DNA of 64,000 nucleotides. Origin: Tubiluchus corallicola (Eukaryota > Animalia > Priapulida). Made by a program: the position numbers and the translations under genes. The notes under the pieces were generated by a model. It made no database searches, was not told where the DNA came from, and was given only the letters and a program-made list of their open reading frames with translations. The stretch is from positions 55,685-119,684 of the forward strand of contig JAQGDQ010002391.1 in assembly GCA_030141605.1 (NCBI GenBank), in the 5' to 3' direction. Positions 39,113 to 49,693 of this stretch are shown piece by piece; position 1 is the first letter of the stretch, and the number at the start of each line of letters is the position of its first letter.

Positions 39113-39320
39113 TGCATTCTGTTCTAAAAAAATGAGTTAATTTATTTTTAGGAACCTCTTTCATTGAAAGAAGCTATAATCAGAAAGGAAAAAACTATCA
39201 AATGAAAACTTAATATCAGAAACTTTTAGAAAAAACAACTCATATTTATTCTGTCCAATCTTTTTTTAGACAATGTCAGCAGGTACTTTGATACAATAAA
39301 ACACACAACCCAAACTCACT

Positions 39321-40559
39321 TTACAATACCTCTGAAAGTATCTGCTCAGAAGCACCTATGTTTTTTTCTACATATGTCCTGCATATATCTGAAACCTCCT
39401 GCAATCTGATACCATCATCCAACAAACTATCCAATATATTTTTCAACTCTTCATAATCCTTTATAGAAAAAGCTCCCCCCAAACCTACAAGTTCTACAGC
39501 CTCGTTATATTTTTTATATTCAGTACCAAACACTGTGGGTAATCCATATACTGCTGCTTCCACAATATTGTGAATACCATCCCTAAAACCACCTCCAATA
39601 TAAGCCACATTGCCATACCTGTAAACCTCAGATAATATCCCTATCACATCCACAATTAACACTTGTGCTTCTTTCAATTCTACCTTATCACATTTTGAAT
39701 ACAAACAATACTTTACCTTCAACGTTTTGCAAATAGCCTCTATACAAGTCTTATTTACTATGTGAGGAGCAATAATTGCTTTTACTTTATTATTATTGAT
39801 GTACTGCAAAAGCAACTTCTCATCTTCTTTCCACGTACTACCACACACCAAACATTTTTCTTTTCCTTTAAACATTTCTACTATTGGCAAGCCCTCTCTC
39901 TGTTGTGCAATTTCCCACACACGGTCAAACCGTGTATCACCCGCTACGGAGACACAGTTAATCCCTATTGATTGTAATAAATCTGCTGATGCCTCAGTCT
40001 GAACAAAAAGACGAGTAAAAGCATTCAAAGCCTTTCTATACCAACTCCCATACCATTGAAAGAAAACCTGCTCCTTGCGAAAAATAGCTGAAAAAATATA
40101 GCAGGGTATGTTGTTTTGTTTTATCACAGAGAGATAGTTCAGCCAAAACTCATATTTAATAAAAAAGACTTTTTCCGGTCGCACTATCTTTATAAATCGT
40201 TTTGCATTCCCCCAAGTATCATTTGGCAGGTAAGATACGTAGTTCACCCCTTCGTAATCTTTAACCTCCTCATAGCCCGAAGGTGAAAAGAAAGTCAATA
40301 ATATTTTATATTCAGGACATCTTGCTTTTAGTTTTTCCATTACAGGACGCCCCTGTTCAAACTCACCCAATGAAGAAGCGTGAAACCACACTATTCTATC
40401 ATTTTTCTTTATTTTACTAGCCAGCCAGCACAGTCTCCCCCTCCTACCCTCTACCCAAAGTTTTGCCTTCTTATTGAAGATAGCTGCCAACCTCATCCCC
40501 CAACCCATTATATACATAGATATATTATACAAAAACCACATCACACAACACTTAAACAA
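39321..40559 (-). CDS. waaA: 3-deoxy-D-manno-octulosonic acid (Kdo) transferase
   Basis: WFHASSLGEFEQGRP, LTFFSPSGYE, KYEFW, GDTRFDRV, GIHNIVEAAVYG. Confidence 0.95.
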   Translation of the reverse strand: MFKCCVMWFLYNISMYIMGWGMRLAAIFNKKAKLWVEGRRGRLCWLASKIKKNDRIVWFHASSLGEFEQGRPVMEKLKARCPEYKILLTFFSPSGYEEVKDYEGVNYVSYLPNDTWGNAKRFIKIVRPEKVFFIKYEFWLNYLSVIKQNNIPCYIFSAIFRKEQVFFQWYGSWYRKALNAFTRLFVQTEASADLLQSIGINCVSVAGDTRFDRVWEIAQQREGLPIVEMFKGKEKCLVCGSTWKEDEKLLLQYINNNKVKAIIAPHIVNKTCIEAICKTLKVKYCLYSKCDKVELKEAQVLIVDVIGILSEVYRYGNVAYIGGGFRDGIHNIVEAAVYGLPTVFGTEYKKYNEAVELVGLGGAFSIKDYEELKNILDSLLDDGIRLQEVSDICRTYVEKNIGASEQILSEVL

Positions 40560-40768
40560 ACATTACAAAGTTAAAACAATATTTCAACCCCCATAGGGAA
40601 TGTATTCTTCTATCCAAAAATCCTTGAACTTGCGGTGTAAGATACAACCTACCGTAAGCTATAATTATTGTCTTTTTTGTAATAGTTTTCAATGTTAAAG
40701 CATTCTCAACTTTCAATTCCTCAAATTTATTTATCTTTGCTCTTAATATTTTATTTCATTAAATAATA

Positions 40769-41068
40769 ATGACCTTGTTTATACTACTATTTATTGGTGG
40801 TCCCGAAATTGTAATCATAGCTCTTGTAGTGCTATTACTTTTTGGGTCAAAAAGCTTGCCTGATATAGCTAGAAGTTTTGGCAAAGGAATGAGGGAGTTC
40901 AAGCGGGCAACTAACGAACTAAAACAAGAATTCAATAAAGAAATGAACCTAACAGATGATGTAAAGGAAATTACCCAAAATGTAGAAAATATTAAAAAAG
41001 ATTTAAAAGAAAATTTAGATGTTACCAAACTTGAGACAAAAAAAAATAAAAAAAATAATCCCAATTAA
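40769..41068 (+). CDS. tatA: Twin-arginine translocase TatA/TatE subunit
   Basis: [36 protein letters not shown]. Confidence 0.93.
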   Translation: MTLFILLFIGGPEIVIIALVVLLLFGSKSLPDIARSFGKGMREFKRATNELKQEFNKEMNLTDDVKEITQNVENIKKDLKENLDVTKLETKKNKKNNPN

Positions 41069-41094
41069 TTACTAACTTAAAAATTAAACTAATT

Positions 41095-42114
41095 ATGAAA
41101 AAAGTATTACTTATCATTGCATCACTCATTGTAATAATCTTAGTTGGCGCAGTCATATGGCTTTCAACCTTGGATGGGAAATATGATGTTTCTCGTAAGA
41201 TAGTTATCAATGCTAATGAAGAGAAAGTCTTTAATGAGCCTCTCAACTTTAGAAACTGGGGAGAATGGTCGCCCTGGATGGTAGCAGAACCTGATGCAAA
41301 AATAACTTTCTCTGGAAAAAACAAGGAACTAGGAGCTATTTATAAATGGGAAGGAGACATAGTAGGTAAAGGTGAAATAGAACATACCCTTATTAAACCT
41401 TATAAAACCATAGAGCAAGAAATACGCTTTGAAAAACCTTTTAAATCTGTTGCAAAAACGTATTGGAATTTTGAAAAACAAAATGACTCTAGTATAGAAG
41501 TAACTTTAGGTATGCGAGGAGAAATGCCTTTTTTCTTTCGCTTTATGACTAAACAAATGTCTATTTATATAGGTATGGATTACGAAAGGGGCTTATCTAT
41601 GTTAAAAGATTATATAGAAACTGGCGAAGTAGCGTCCAACGTGGAAATAGTAGGAGAAGTAGAAGTAAAGCCAATGAAATATGTAGCTTCAAAAACTTCT
41701 TGTTCCTTTGATGAATTAGAAGAAACAATGGAAAGAGATATAAATAATCTTTTCACTTATATTACCAATAATAATGTTTCAACAGTAGGAGCTCCAATGA
41801 CTGTTTACCACGAATATGATTTCGAAAATAGACGCTGTGAATACTCTACTGCTATAGCTATTACAGACACACACACACCTACAGGTAACTACTACGTAGC
41901 AAGTATGCCCAAAACCAAAGCCTTTAAGGTAATCTTCAAAGGACATTACAAGCATATTGGTAATGCTTGGGCTGCTGGTATGCAAATCATAATGCACACC
42001 AAAGGAATGAAAGAAAGCAAAGATATTCCTCCTTATGAAATGTATCTTACTAACCCACATGCAGTACCTAATCCCAAAGACTGGGTTACCGAAATATATT
42101 TACCGTTGAAATAA
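41095..42114 (+). CDS. SRPBCC + GyrI-like effector-binding domain protein
   Basis: N-terminal TM; W..WSPW..EPD, G.DYERGL..LK (SRPBCC); GHYKHIGNAW, YEMYLTNP..W.TEIYLP (GyrI-like). Confidence 0.85.
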   Translation: MKKVLLIIASLIVIILVGAVIWLSTLDGKYDVSRKIVINANEEKVFNEPLNFRNWGEWSPWMVAEPDAKITFSGKNKELGAIYKWEGDIVGKGEIEHTLIKPYKTIEQEIRFEKPFKSVAKTYWNFEKQNDSSIEVTLGMRGEMPFFFRFMTKQMSIYIGMDYERGLSMLKDYIETGEVASNVEIVGEVEVKPMKYVASKTSCSFDELEETMERDINNLFTYITNNNVSTVGAPMTVYHEYDFENRRCEYSTAIAITDTHTPTGNYYVASMPKTKAFKVIFKGHYKHIGNAWAAGMQIIMHTKGMKESKDIPPYEMYLTNPHAVPNPKDWVTEIYLPLK

Positions 42115-42123
42115 TATTGTTTC

Positions 42124-42151
42124 GCAGGGACAAGCTGTAGCTTGTTCCTGC
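42124..42151 (+). terminator. Hairpin after SRPBCC/GyrI gene
   Basis: gcagggacaagct-gt-agcttgttcctgc; no strong U-tract. Confidence 0.45.
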
Positions 42152-42188
42152 TCTTACATATATCTGTATAAACCATCAATAATTTTAA

Positions 42189-42839
42189 ATGATAATAGCC
42201 AAAAATATTACCAAATCATTTAAAAATTTACAAGTGTTAAAAGGTGCTAACCTGCACATCAAAAAAGGTGAGATAGTATCCATAGTAGGTACAAGTGGTG
42301 CAGGAAAAACCACTCTATTACAAATAATAGGTACACTTGTAAAACCCAACTCTGGTACTATCATTATCAATAACAATAAAGTGAGCCATTTGAAAGGCAA
42401 CCAACTATCCAAGTTTAGAAATTCTAGAATAGGATTTATTTTCCAATTTCACAACTTACTACCTGAATTTACAGCCCTTGAAAATGTATCCATCCCTGCC
42501 CTTATAGCCAAAACACCAAAAAAAGAAGTAGAAGAGCATGCCAAAGAAATATTTAGCTTCTTAAACTTATCAGACAGAGTAAATCATAAACCTGCACAAC
42601 TATCAGGTGGAGAACAACAAAGAGTGGCAATAGCACGTGCATTAATCAATAATCCTGATGTTATTTTAGCCGATGAACCCTCAGGGAACTTAGATTATGA
42701 AAGCCAGCAAGAACTTTACAAATTATTCTTTAAACTAAGAGAAAAATACAACCAAACTTTCACTATCGTTACTCACGACAAACACCTTGCCTCTATCTCT
42801 GACAGAAAACTTACAATGAAAAATGGTGTTATAGTATAA
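42189..42839 (+). CDS. lolD: ABC ATP-binding protein, LolD-like
   Basis: [42 protein letters not shown]. Confidence 0.82.
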   Translation: MIIAKNITKSFKNLQVLKGANLHIKKGEIVSIVGTSGAGKTTLLQIIGTLVKPNSGTIIINNNKVSHLKGNQLSKFRNSRIGFIFQFHNLLPEFTALENVSIPALIAKTPKKEVEEHAKEIFSFLNLSDRVNHKPAQLSGGEQQRVAIARALINNPDVILADEPSGNLDYESQQELYKLFFKLREKYNQTFTIVTHDKHLASISDRKLTMKNGVIV

Positions 42840-42842
42840 CAT

Positions 42843-43838
42843 ATGAATAAAAAATATTTTTTATTTTTTCTCTTCTTCACTTTTTTAACAACTTCTTGCG
42901 AAGAAAAATACATTTACAACCAAGGCTTCATCTATGGCACTACTTACAACATTATTTACTCTTCTACTATAGACCACCATACACAAATAGACAGCGTGTT
43001 ACAAGTCTTAGACCATTCGCTTTCCACTTTCAATCCCTATTCCACTATCTCCAAAATCAACCGTAATACTCCCACTACATTAGACTCTATATTTATTAAC
43101 TGCTTTAAAACAGCCAAAAAAATATATGACAAAACTAATGGAGCTTTTGACATCACAGTAGCCCCCCTTGTCAACCTATGGGGCTTTGGTTTCGAAAACA
43201 AAGAGAGTTTAGACACTAACTGCATAGACAGTCTACTTACTCTTGTAGGAATGAACAAAATAATGATAAAAAACAAGCAAATTATAAAAATATGTTCTAA
43301 CATTACCCTTGATGCAAGTGCTATAGCTAAGGGCTATGCTGTAGATTTGGTAGCAGACTATCTCAATAGCCAAGACATAAAAAACTATCTAATAGAAATA
43401 GGAGGAGAAATAAGAACACAAGGCTTTAATCCTGATAAAAAGAGATGGAAAATAGGCATAGACAAACCCATACCAGATACTAAGGCAAGAGCCAGAGAAT
43501 TACAAACAATTGTTCAATCCAACAATCAAGCTATAGCCACATCAGGAAATTATCGCAACTTTTATATAAAAGAGAATAAAATGTACTCTCACACCATTGA
43601 CCCTAAAACAGGTTACCCTGTGCAACACAACCTACTATCAGCCACTGTATTTGCTCCAAACTGTATGATAGCCGATGCTTATGCTACAGCTTGTATGGTT
43701 TTGGGGGTAGAGAAAAGCATCGAATTAGCAGAAACAATCCCCAAAATAGATATACACCTCATTTACCAAGACAGCACAACCTTGCAAACTTACACATCAG
43801 AAAATATAAAAAAGAACTTTATTGGTGAAAAGAAATAG
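42843..43838 (+). CDS. apbE: FAD:protein FMN transferase lipoprotein
   Basis: Lipobox TTSC; GAFDITVAPLVNLWGF, AIAKGYAVD, EIGGE, ATSGNY, HTIDPKTG, ADAYAT. Confidence 0.95.
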   Translation: MNKKYFLFFLFFTFLTTSCEEKYIYNQGFIYGTTYNIIYSSTIDHHTQIDSVLQVLDHSLSTFNPYSTISKINRNTPTTLDSIFINCFKTAKKIYDKTNGAFDITVAPLVNLWGFGFENKESLDTNCIDSLLTLVGMNKIMIKNKQIIKICSNITLDASAIAKGYAVDLVADYLNSQDIKNYLIEIGGEIRTQGFNPDKKRWKIGIDKPIPDTKARARELQTIVQSNNQAIATSGNYRNFYIKENKMYSHTIDPKTGYPVQHNLLSATVFAPNCMIADAYATACMVLGVEKSIELAETIPKIDIHLIYQDSTTLQTYTSENIKKNFIGEKK

Positions 43839-43919
43839 TAGTCCATTTAAAAACCTTTGAAGATAAAATATCTCACAAAAAATAGTATAATAAAAATTAA
43901 AGCATATACTTAATTAATA

Positions 43920-44603
43920 TTAGGCTATCATTACCTTGCTGGCTATTAGTATAATAAATATAGAAAGTATTAAACTTGCTGATATATTCCTTATATCATT
44001 TACTGTAAATTCCTCTACGCCCTTCAACCGAAGTTTCTGTATATACTTAGTTGTTAATACGTAAACATACATTTTGTAGACAGCATAGCCTATAAATATA
44101 CCAAGCATTGCTCCTACTATTATATCAGCAGGATAATGCAAGCCAAGATATATCCTTGTGTAAGAATTAAGAATAGCCCAAAATAATATTAAAAATGTAT
44201 AAGCCTTATTTTTGAATAAAAAGATAGAAAAACCCGCAAAGGCAAATGAATTTGCCGCATGCGATGAGATAAAGCCATATAAACCTCCTCGCTTATTATT
44301 TACCAACATTACCAAACCCTCCAAAGCAGGTTCTTGCGAAGGTCTTAAACGTTGAAACAAAGGCTTGCACATACCTGACGCTATTTGGTCAGCCAGTACA
44401 ATAGTTAGAGCAATAAACACCATTGTAATAGTGGCCTGCCATTTGTAACGTTTTATTATATGAATTAGGATGATAGTATAAAAAGGTATCCAAATATTTC
44501 TACTGGTAAACAACCACATAAAATTATCCCAAAATTGGGTGTGGCAGTTATTCAGATATAATAACAACTGAGTGTCAAATCCGTTTAAGGCTTCTAACAT
44601 CAA
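43920..44603 (-). CDS. PAP2 family membrane phosphatase
   Basis: KPLFQRLRP, SSHAAN, TRIYLGLHYPAD. Confidence 0.92.
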   Translation of the reverse strand: MMLEALNGFDTQLLLYLNNCHTQFWDNFMWLFTSRNIWIPFYTIILIHIIKRYKWQATITMVFIALTIVLADQIASGMCKPLFQRLRPSQEPALEGLVMLVNNKRGGLYGFISSHAANSFAFAGFSIFLFKNKAYTFLILFWAILNSYTRIYLGLHYPADIIVGAMLGIFIGYAVYKMYVYVLTTKYIQKLRLKGVEEFTVNDIRNISASLILSIFIILIASKVMIA

Positions 44604-44633
44604 CTCCTAATATTTGAAAATGACTATAATAAT

Positions 44634-45395
44634 TTATTCTCCTTCTACAATTGCTTCATCTACAAGTATTCTTCCACAATACTCGCAAACTATCACTTTT
44701 CTATGAGTCTTTATATCCAACTGTCTCTGTGGAGGTACTTTGTTGAAACATCCACCACAGGCATCACGCTCTACTGTGACTATTGCCAATCCATTTCGTG
44801 CATTACTTCTTATTCTTTTAAAAGCAGCAAGCAACCTTTCTTCTACTTTCTTTTCTACCTTCTCCGATTGAACAATTAAATCTTGTTCTTCTTTTTTTGT
44901 GTCTTCTGTAATTTTATTTAATTCCTCTTGTTTTATAACTTTTTCTTTCTTTTTCTCTTCTAAATCTTGTTTTGTCTTTTCTATTAGTTCCTTTATATTT
45001 TCTACTTCAGCTGTTATTTCCTTAACTTGTTTCTTTGCTAATTCTATTTCTAAGTTTTGAAATTCTATTTCTTTCGAGAGAGATTCATACTCTCTATTAT
45101 TTCTCACACTGTTTTGCTGCTCTTCATATTTAGCGATTGAGGCTTTTGCTTCTTTGCTTTTATTCTTTTTTTCTGTTACTTCTTTTCTTTTTTCTTTTAG
45201 TTCTTCATTGTAGTTTTTCACTCGCGTAGTCAAGCCTTCTATCTCATCTTCCAGATCTTTTACTTCTAACGGCAGTTCTCCTTTTAATATTTGAATTTGA
45301 TCTATTTTAGAATTTACCTGTTGTAACAAAAAAAGATCTTTCAATTTATCTTGTATCAAAGCATCTTTTATTGTTTTTTCTTTTTTATTCTCCAT
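44634..45395 (-). CDS. Coiled-coil protein with C4-type zinc ribbon (DUF164 family)
   Basis: GELPLEVKDLEDE, VRNNREY, ACGGCF...CEYCGRIL. Confidence 0.92.
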   Translation of the reverse strand: MENKKEKTIKDALIQDKLKDLFLLQQVNSKIDQIQILKGELPLEVKDLEDEIEGLTTRVKNYNEELKEKRKEVTEKKNKSKEAKASIAKYEEQQNSVRNNREYESLSKEIEFQNLEIELAKKQVKEITAEVENIKELIEKTKQDLEEKKKEKVIKQEELNKITEDTKKEEQDLIVQSEKVEKKVEERLLAAFKRIRSNARNGLAIVTVERDACGGCFNKVPPQRQLDIKTHRKVIVCEYCGRILVDEAIVEGE

Positions 45396-45420
45396 TATAT
45401 TATAACTATTAAAAACTTTG

Positions 45421-46521
45421 TTAGATAAAATAATGTATCGGATTTGTATTCAATTCTGACACTAAGATTACAAATTTAGGGAATTTTTTTATAAGTATTT
45501 CAAATAAAAGTTCCTTTGTAAACTGTTCGCTCTCATAATGTCCTATATCTGCTACAACTATTCTATTTTCTGCATCAAAAAAACTGTGGTATTTAAAGTC
45601 GCTAGAAATAAATATATTTGCTTTTTGCAATATTGCTTGTTGCAGCAAAAAACCTCCGCTTCCACCACAAATAGCAACTTTTTTTATTTTTTCATTAAGC
45701 AATTGAGTGTGCCTTATAACTGGAGAGTTAAAAGATTTTTTTACTTGCTGCAAAAATTCTTTTTCATCCTGTGGTGTATTTAAATCTCCTATCATTCCTG
45801 CTCCTACTTTGTTAAAAGTATTCTTTAAAGGATAAATATCGTAGGCAACTTCTTCATAAGGATGTGCTGCAATAAGTGCTGCAATAATACTATTCTCTTT
45901 ATAGGCAGGATATATAGTTTCTATCCTTATTTCTTTCTCAAAGTTGAGTTCTCCCTTCTTTCCAGAAAAAGGGTTTGTTTCATTAGAAGGTCTAAAAGTT
46001 CCCTCACCTACTGTATTAAAACTACATTGGTCATATGCTCCAATACGTCCTGCTCCTGCCTCAAATATAGCACTACGAACTTTCTCTATATGTTGTTTTG
46101 GAACAAAAGTCACAAGCTTGTTCAAAAATCCTTCCTTTGGAGCTAATACCTGAATGTTTTTGAGGTTAAGTTTTTGGGCTATTTTCATATTAACCCCATT
46201 TTCTATATTATCTAAATTTGTGTGAATAGAATAAATAGCAATATCATTTTTTATAGCCTTTAAAATGCTCCGCTCTATATAATTACTACCATTGATTCTC
46301 TTTAAGCCTTTAAATATAATAGGATGATGAGATATGATAAGATTAGCCTGCTTGCTGATGGCCTCTTCTATAACTTGTTCAGTTATATCTATGGTAAGTA
46401 ATATTGACTTTACCTCCGTATCTGGACTTCCTATTATTAAGCCTGCATTATCATATTCTTCTTGCAAACTTGAAGGGGCTATGCTTTCTAAGGCAGCAAT
46501 TATTTTCTTTATTGTTATCAC
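45421..46521 (-). CDS. Nif3-like dinuclear metal centre hexameric protein
   Basis: YDNAGL, SHHPIIF, HTNLD, HPYEEVAYD, CGGSG, GHYESE; GTG 46521 preferred start. Confidence 0.93.
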   Translation of the reverse strand: MITIKKIIAALESIAPSSLQEEYDNAGLIIGSPDTEVKSILLTIDITEQVIEEAISKQANLIISHHPIIFKGLKRINGSNYIERSILKAIKNDIAIYSIHTNLDNIENGVNMKIAQKLNLKNIQVLAPKEGFLNKLVTFVPKQHIEKVRSAIFEAGAGRIGAYDQCSFNTVGEGTFRPSNETNPFSGKKGELNFEKEIRIETIYPAYKENSIIAALIAAHPYEEVAYDIYPLKNTFNKVGAGMIGDLNTPQDEKEFLQQVKKSFNSPVIRHTQLLNEKIKKVAICGGSGGFLLQQAILQKANIFISSDFKYHSFFDAENRIVVADIGHYESEQFTKELLFEILIKKFPKFVILVSELNTNPIHYFI

Positions 46522-46522
46522 T

Positions 46523-46885
46523 TTATTGTGGAGGATAGGTATCAATAATTGACTGTTTTATTTCTAATATTTTTTCTTTTGTATTTTGCAATTTTTCTAT
46601 TATTTGCACCATATTAACAGTTTGTTGTTTTTTCTCTTTCAGTTTTTTCTTTGCACCTTCTATGGTCAGTCCTTGCTTTTTAAGAAGATAATGTATCAAT
46701 TTCAGCTGTTTAAGGCTGTCTTCTGTAAAAAATCGTACGCCTTTACTATTTTTGTCAGGCTGAAGCGAGGGAAATTGCTTATCCCAATATCTAATAGCAG
46801 ATTCTGAAACTTTCATCATCGTAGCTACTTCCTTGATAGAATAATAATGTTTGTTTGGGTGAGATTTAGAAGAGATTTGTTGCAT
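46523..46885 (-). CDS. MerR family transcriptional regulator
   Basis: YYSIKEVA..SAIRYWD..G.R.F, GLTIEGAK. Confidence 0.9.
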   Translation of the reverse strand: MQQISSKSHPNKHYYSIKEVATMMKVSESAIRYWDKQFPSLQPDKNSKGVRFFTEDSLKQLKLIHYLLKKQGLTIEGAKKKLKEKKQQTVNMVQIIEKLQNTKEKILEIKQSIIDTYPPQ

Positions 46886-46937
46886 CCTAATTTAGGTAGA
46901 AATAAATTACCAATTTAAACTAAACTCTTTCTTAATT

Positions 46938-46970
46938 AAATAGATGCAAGGTAATACCTTGCATCTATTT
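46938..46970 (-). terminator. Hairpin downstream of M23 peptidase
   Basis: aaatagatgcaaggta-a-taccttgcatctattt. Confidence 0.65.
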
Positions 46971-47005
46971 GTTCCTAAAAATGTAAATAAAAAGAATAAA
47001 GTACT

Positions 47006-47986
47006 CTAATCAAAAGCCTTATTTACATTATGAGTTATAAATAACATTTTCTCTAGCTCTTTGGCAGATATATCATTAAAGAAGTAGTTTTGTGGGTTAA
47101 CTCTTGCCCCGTTTCTAATCACTTCATAGTGGCAATGGTCTCCTGTGGATGTTCCAGTACTTCCAACAAAACCTATTACATCTCCTCTTTCTACTCTTTG
47201 TCCTTTTTTGACATTAAACTTTGTCATATGACCATAGAGTGTTTTGTATCCAAACCCATGATCTATAACTACTTTTTTCCCATAACCTTTGCTAGAACTA
47301 TTTACTTCTATCACCACACCATCTCCAGTAGCAAGAATCTCTGTTCCTTTGGGAGCAGCAAGGTCTATTCCATAATGAAATCTCTTTTGCCTATGTATTG
47401 GGTGAAACCTATAACCCCATCCTGACGTTCTTTGAGTTAAATTTTCCTTAGATACAGGTAATATAGATGGAACGCTTAATAGCTTTTGATTTAGTTCTTT
47501 TGCTTGTTCTACTATATCATCCAATGATGTCGATTGTACATACAAATTTTTTAAAGTAGTTTCTAACTTTTTCTTAGTGCCAATAACCAAATCAGAATTA
47601 TCATATCCTCCTAAGTTTTTATATAGGTCAACCCCTCCAGAACCTGCTTCTCTTATTGTACTTGCCAAAGGAGACATACCAAATATGGCACGATAGATGT
47701 TATCATCTTTATATTCAACATTAGAAAGAATACCTTGTACTTGGTCTAATTCTTTATTTATTATTTGATATTGTAATTTTAGTTGCTCGTTTTCTCTTAA
47801 CAATATCTTATTTTCTAATGTTTTATCATTATTAGAAATACTACTTACTATTAGTAGTGCAGTGACAAACAACGTTCCTGTTGCAAAAAAATACTTCAAA
47901 ACCCCTAATATTCTACGAGTCACGGTACTCTGAACCCGCTCCACTTGTAATGTTCTATGGTTGTAGTAATATTTTACCTTATTCAT
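47006..47986 (-). CDS. M23 family metallopeptidase
   Basis: FHYGIDL, GYGKKVVIDHGFGYKTLYGHM, STGDHCHYEV. Confidence 0.93.
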   Translation of the reverse strand: MNKVKYYYNHRTLQVERVQSTVTRRILGVLKYFFATGTLFVTALLIVSSISNNDKTLENKILLRENEQLKLQYQIINKELDQVQGILSNVEYKDDNIYRAIFGMSPLASTIREAGSGGVDLYKNLGGYDNSDLVIGTKKKLETTLKNLYVQSTSLDDIVEQAKELNQKLLSVPSILPVSKENLTQRTSGWGYRFHPIHRQKRFHYGIDLAAPKGTEILATGDGVVIEVNSSSKGYGKKVVIDHGFGYKTLYGHMTKFNVKKGQRVERGDVIGFVGSTGTSTGDHCHYEVIRNGARVNPQNYFFNDISAKELEKMLFITHNVNKAFD

Positions 47987-48150
47987 AGTTATATATCTTT
48001 GGGTTAAATTACTTCTGCAAAGGTAAGAAAAATTTGAGTTTTTTTCCCTAAAAAAGGTTAATTTTTACAAATTTTTCAAAATTTATTGTCACAAAAAAAC
48101 TATCTTTGCTCTAAGATTTCAATTATTTAATCGTGTAATAAACTCAATAA

Positions 48151-49674
48151 ATGAAAAATTTAAAGACTCAAATAAGCATTTATTCTACTGTACTAATAAT
48201 TTTGAGCTCTTGTTCTAAAAGATATTCTGCACACGTCAATATAATTCCAGCAAGTGCAAATGCTTTGCTCTCCATAGATGCAAAAAATATTTATCAAAAG
48301 GGAAAATTATATGATTTAAATCAATTTAGTTTTTACAACAACTTAAAAAACAATTTAAACGATGAAAAATACTATAGCCTCTTTTCTCTTTTGGAACATC
48401 CTCAAAAACTAGGAATAGATATTTCTGAAAAGATTTATGTTTTTAATGTAAATAAAAATTTAGATGAAAATTTTATAGGTCTAACTTTTAAATTGATGAA
48501 CAATTCTATATTTGAGATTTCTTTGAAAGAAATATACGAACTTATTGATGAAAAACCAGATATAACAAAACATCCATCTTTTCAATACATAAAAATAGAT
48601 AATTCTTTGCTTGGATGGGACAGACATAAAATAATATGTCTATTCTTCAAAGAAGAAAATGAAAACGCAGAAAAAATATTATCAGGCATTTTTGAAAACA
48701 CCTACTCCAAAAAATCAATCACTGAGATACCAAATTTCAATTCTTTCACTAAGAATGAAAAGGACATAAATTTATGGGTAAATGGACACTCTTTAATAGA
48801 CGTATTAGAAGCAGAATCTCTTGACCAGATAAGTTACAACTTATTTGACTCTACTTACCATTTTGGAGCTTATGCTCACCTTTATATAGGCTTGCAAAAA
48901 GGGAATGTAAATACTACTATAAGAAACTTTCCTAACGAAAAAGGGAAAGAACTAATGAAAGAATATAATTTTATAAAAAAAGAACCTGTACAAACACTTC
49001 CTACAATATTTCCCAAGGACTGTATAGGTTTTTTTAGCTTAGCATTAAACTTTAATAATATTTATCGCTTTTTGCAAAAGCATAAAATTTACAATCAATA
49101 CATCAAAGATATGAACATAGTTGCCAGCGGGTTCGATGTTACTTTGGAACAAATAATGGCATCATTTAGTGGTGAAATATTGATAGATTTTTATGGTTTA
49201 GACGAAACAACTTTTATGCCCAAGGCAGGAATAGCCATACAAATGAAAGATGACCTTATATATGAAAAAATAACAAGTAATCTAGGTTACTTTTTTGAGA
49301 AAGAAGGGGATTATTACAAGTTTACTACTCTTTTCACTCCTATTTATTTCTCCTTTAATAACAATGTAATGCTTATTAATACTACACAAGATGTTATTTC
49401 AAATTTCACTAGTGGGGAAAAAATAAGTCCCAACCTAACTAAAAACAAAAAGGTAGGTGCTATATTAAAAAAATCACCTAATAGTTTCTTTTTAAGCTTC
49501 GACAGTAAAAATTACCCTCAACAAGCTTATCAAACCATAGAAAATGAAATTCCTTTCATAAAAATATTAGATAACATAAATAGCATAACAATAGACAATC
49601 ATACATTAGAAACAAATATAGAATTAACAGACAAAGGAGAAAATAGCCTATATAAAATACTATCAAATATCTAA
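48151..49674 (+). CDS. DUF4836-like lipoprotein
   Basis: Lipobox LSSC, IIPASA..SID, GID.SEKIYVF; first gene of a lipoprotein-ATPase-permease trio. Confidence 0.7.
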   Translation: MKNLKTQISIYSTVLIILSSCSKRYSAHVNIIPASANALLSIDAKNIYQKGKLYDLNQFSFYNNLKNNLNDEKYYSLFSLLEHPQKLGIDISEKIYVFNVNKNLDENFIGLTFKLMNNSIFEISLKEIYELIDEKPDITKHPSFQYIKIDNSLLGWDRHKIICLFFKEENENAEKILSGIFENTYSKKSITEIPNFNSFTKNEKDINLWVNGHSLIDVLEAESLDQISYNLFDSTYHFGAYAHLYIGLQKGNVNTTIRNFPNEKGKELMKEYNFIKKEPVQTLPTIFPKDCIGFFSLALNFNNIYRFLQKHKIYNQYIKDMNIVASGFDVTLEQIMASFSGEILIDFYGLDETTFMPKAGIAIQMKDDLIYEKITSNLGYFFEKEGDYYKFTTLFTPIYFSFNNNVMLINTTQDVISNFTSGEKISPNLTKNKKVGAILKKSPNSFFLSFDSKNYPQQAYQTIENEIPFIKILDNINSITIDNHTLETNIELTDKGENSLYKILSNI

Positions 49675-49693
49675 TGACACTTTATAAATTAAG

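Noticed and set aside
40628-40660. Hairpin cttgcggt...accgtaag as an ncRNA or riboswitch
   Set aside because: Short imperfect stem with no recognisable RNA family features
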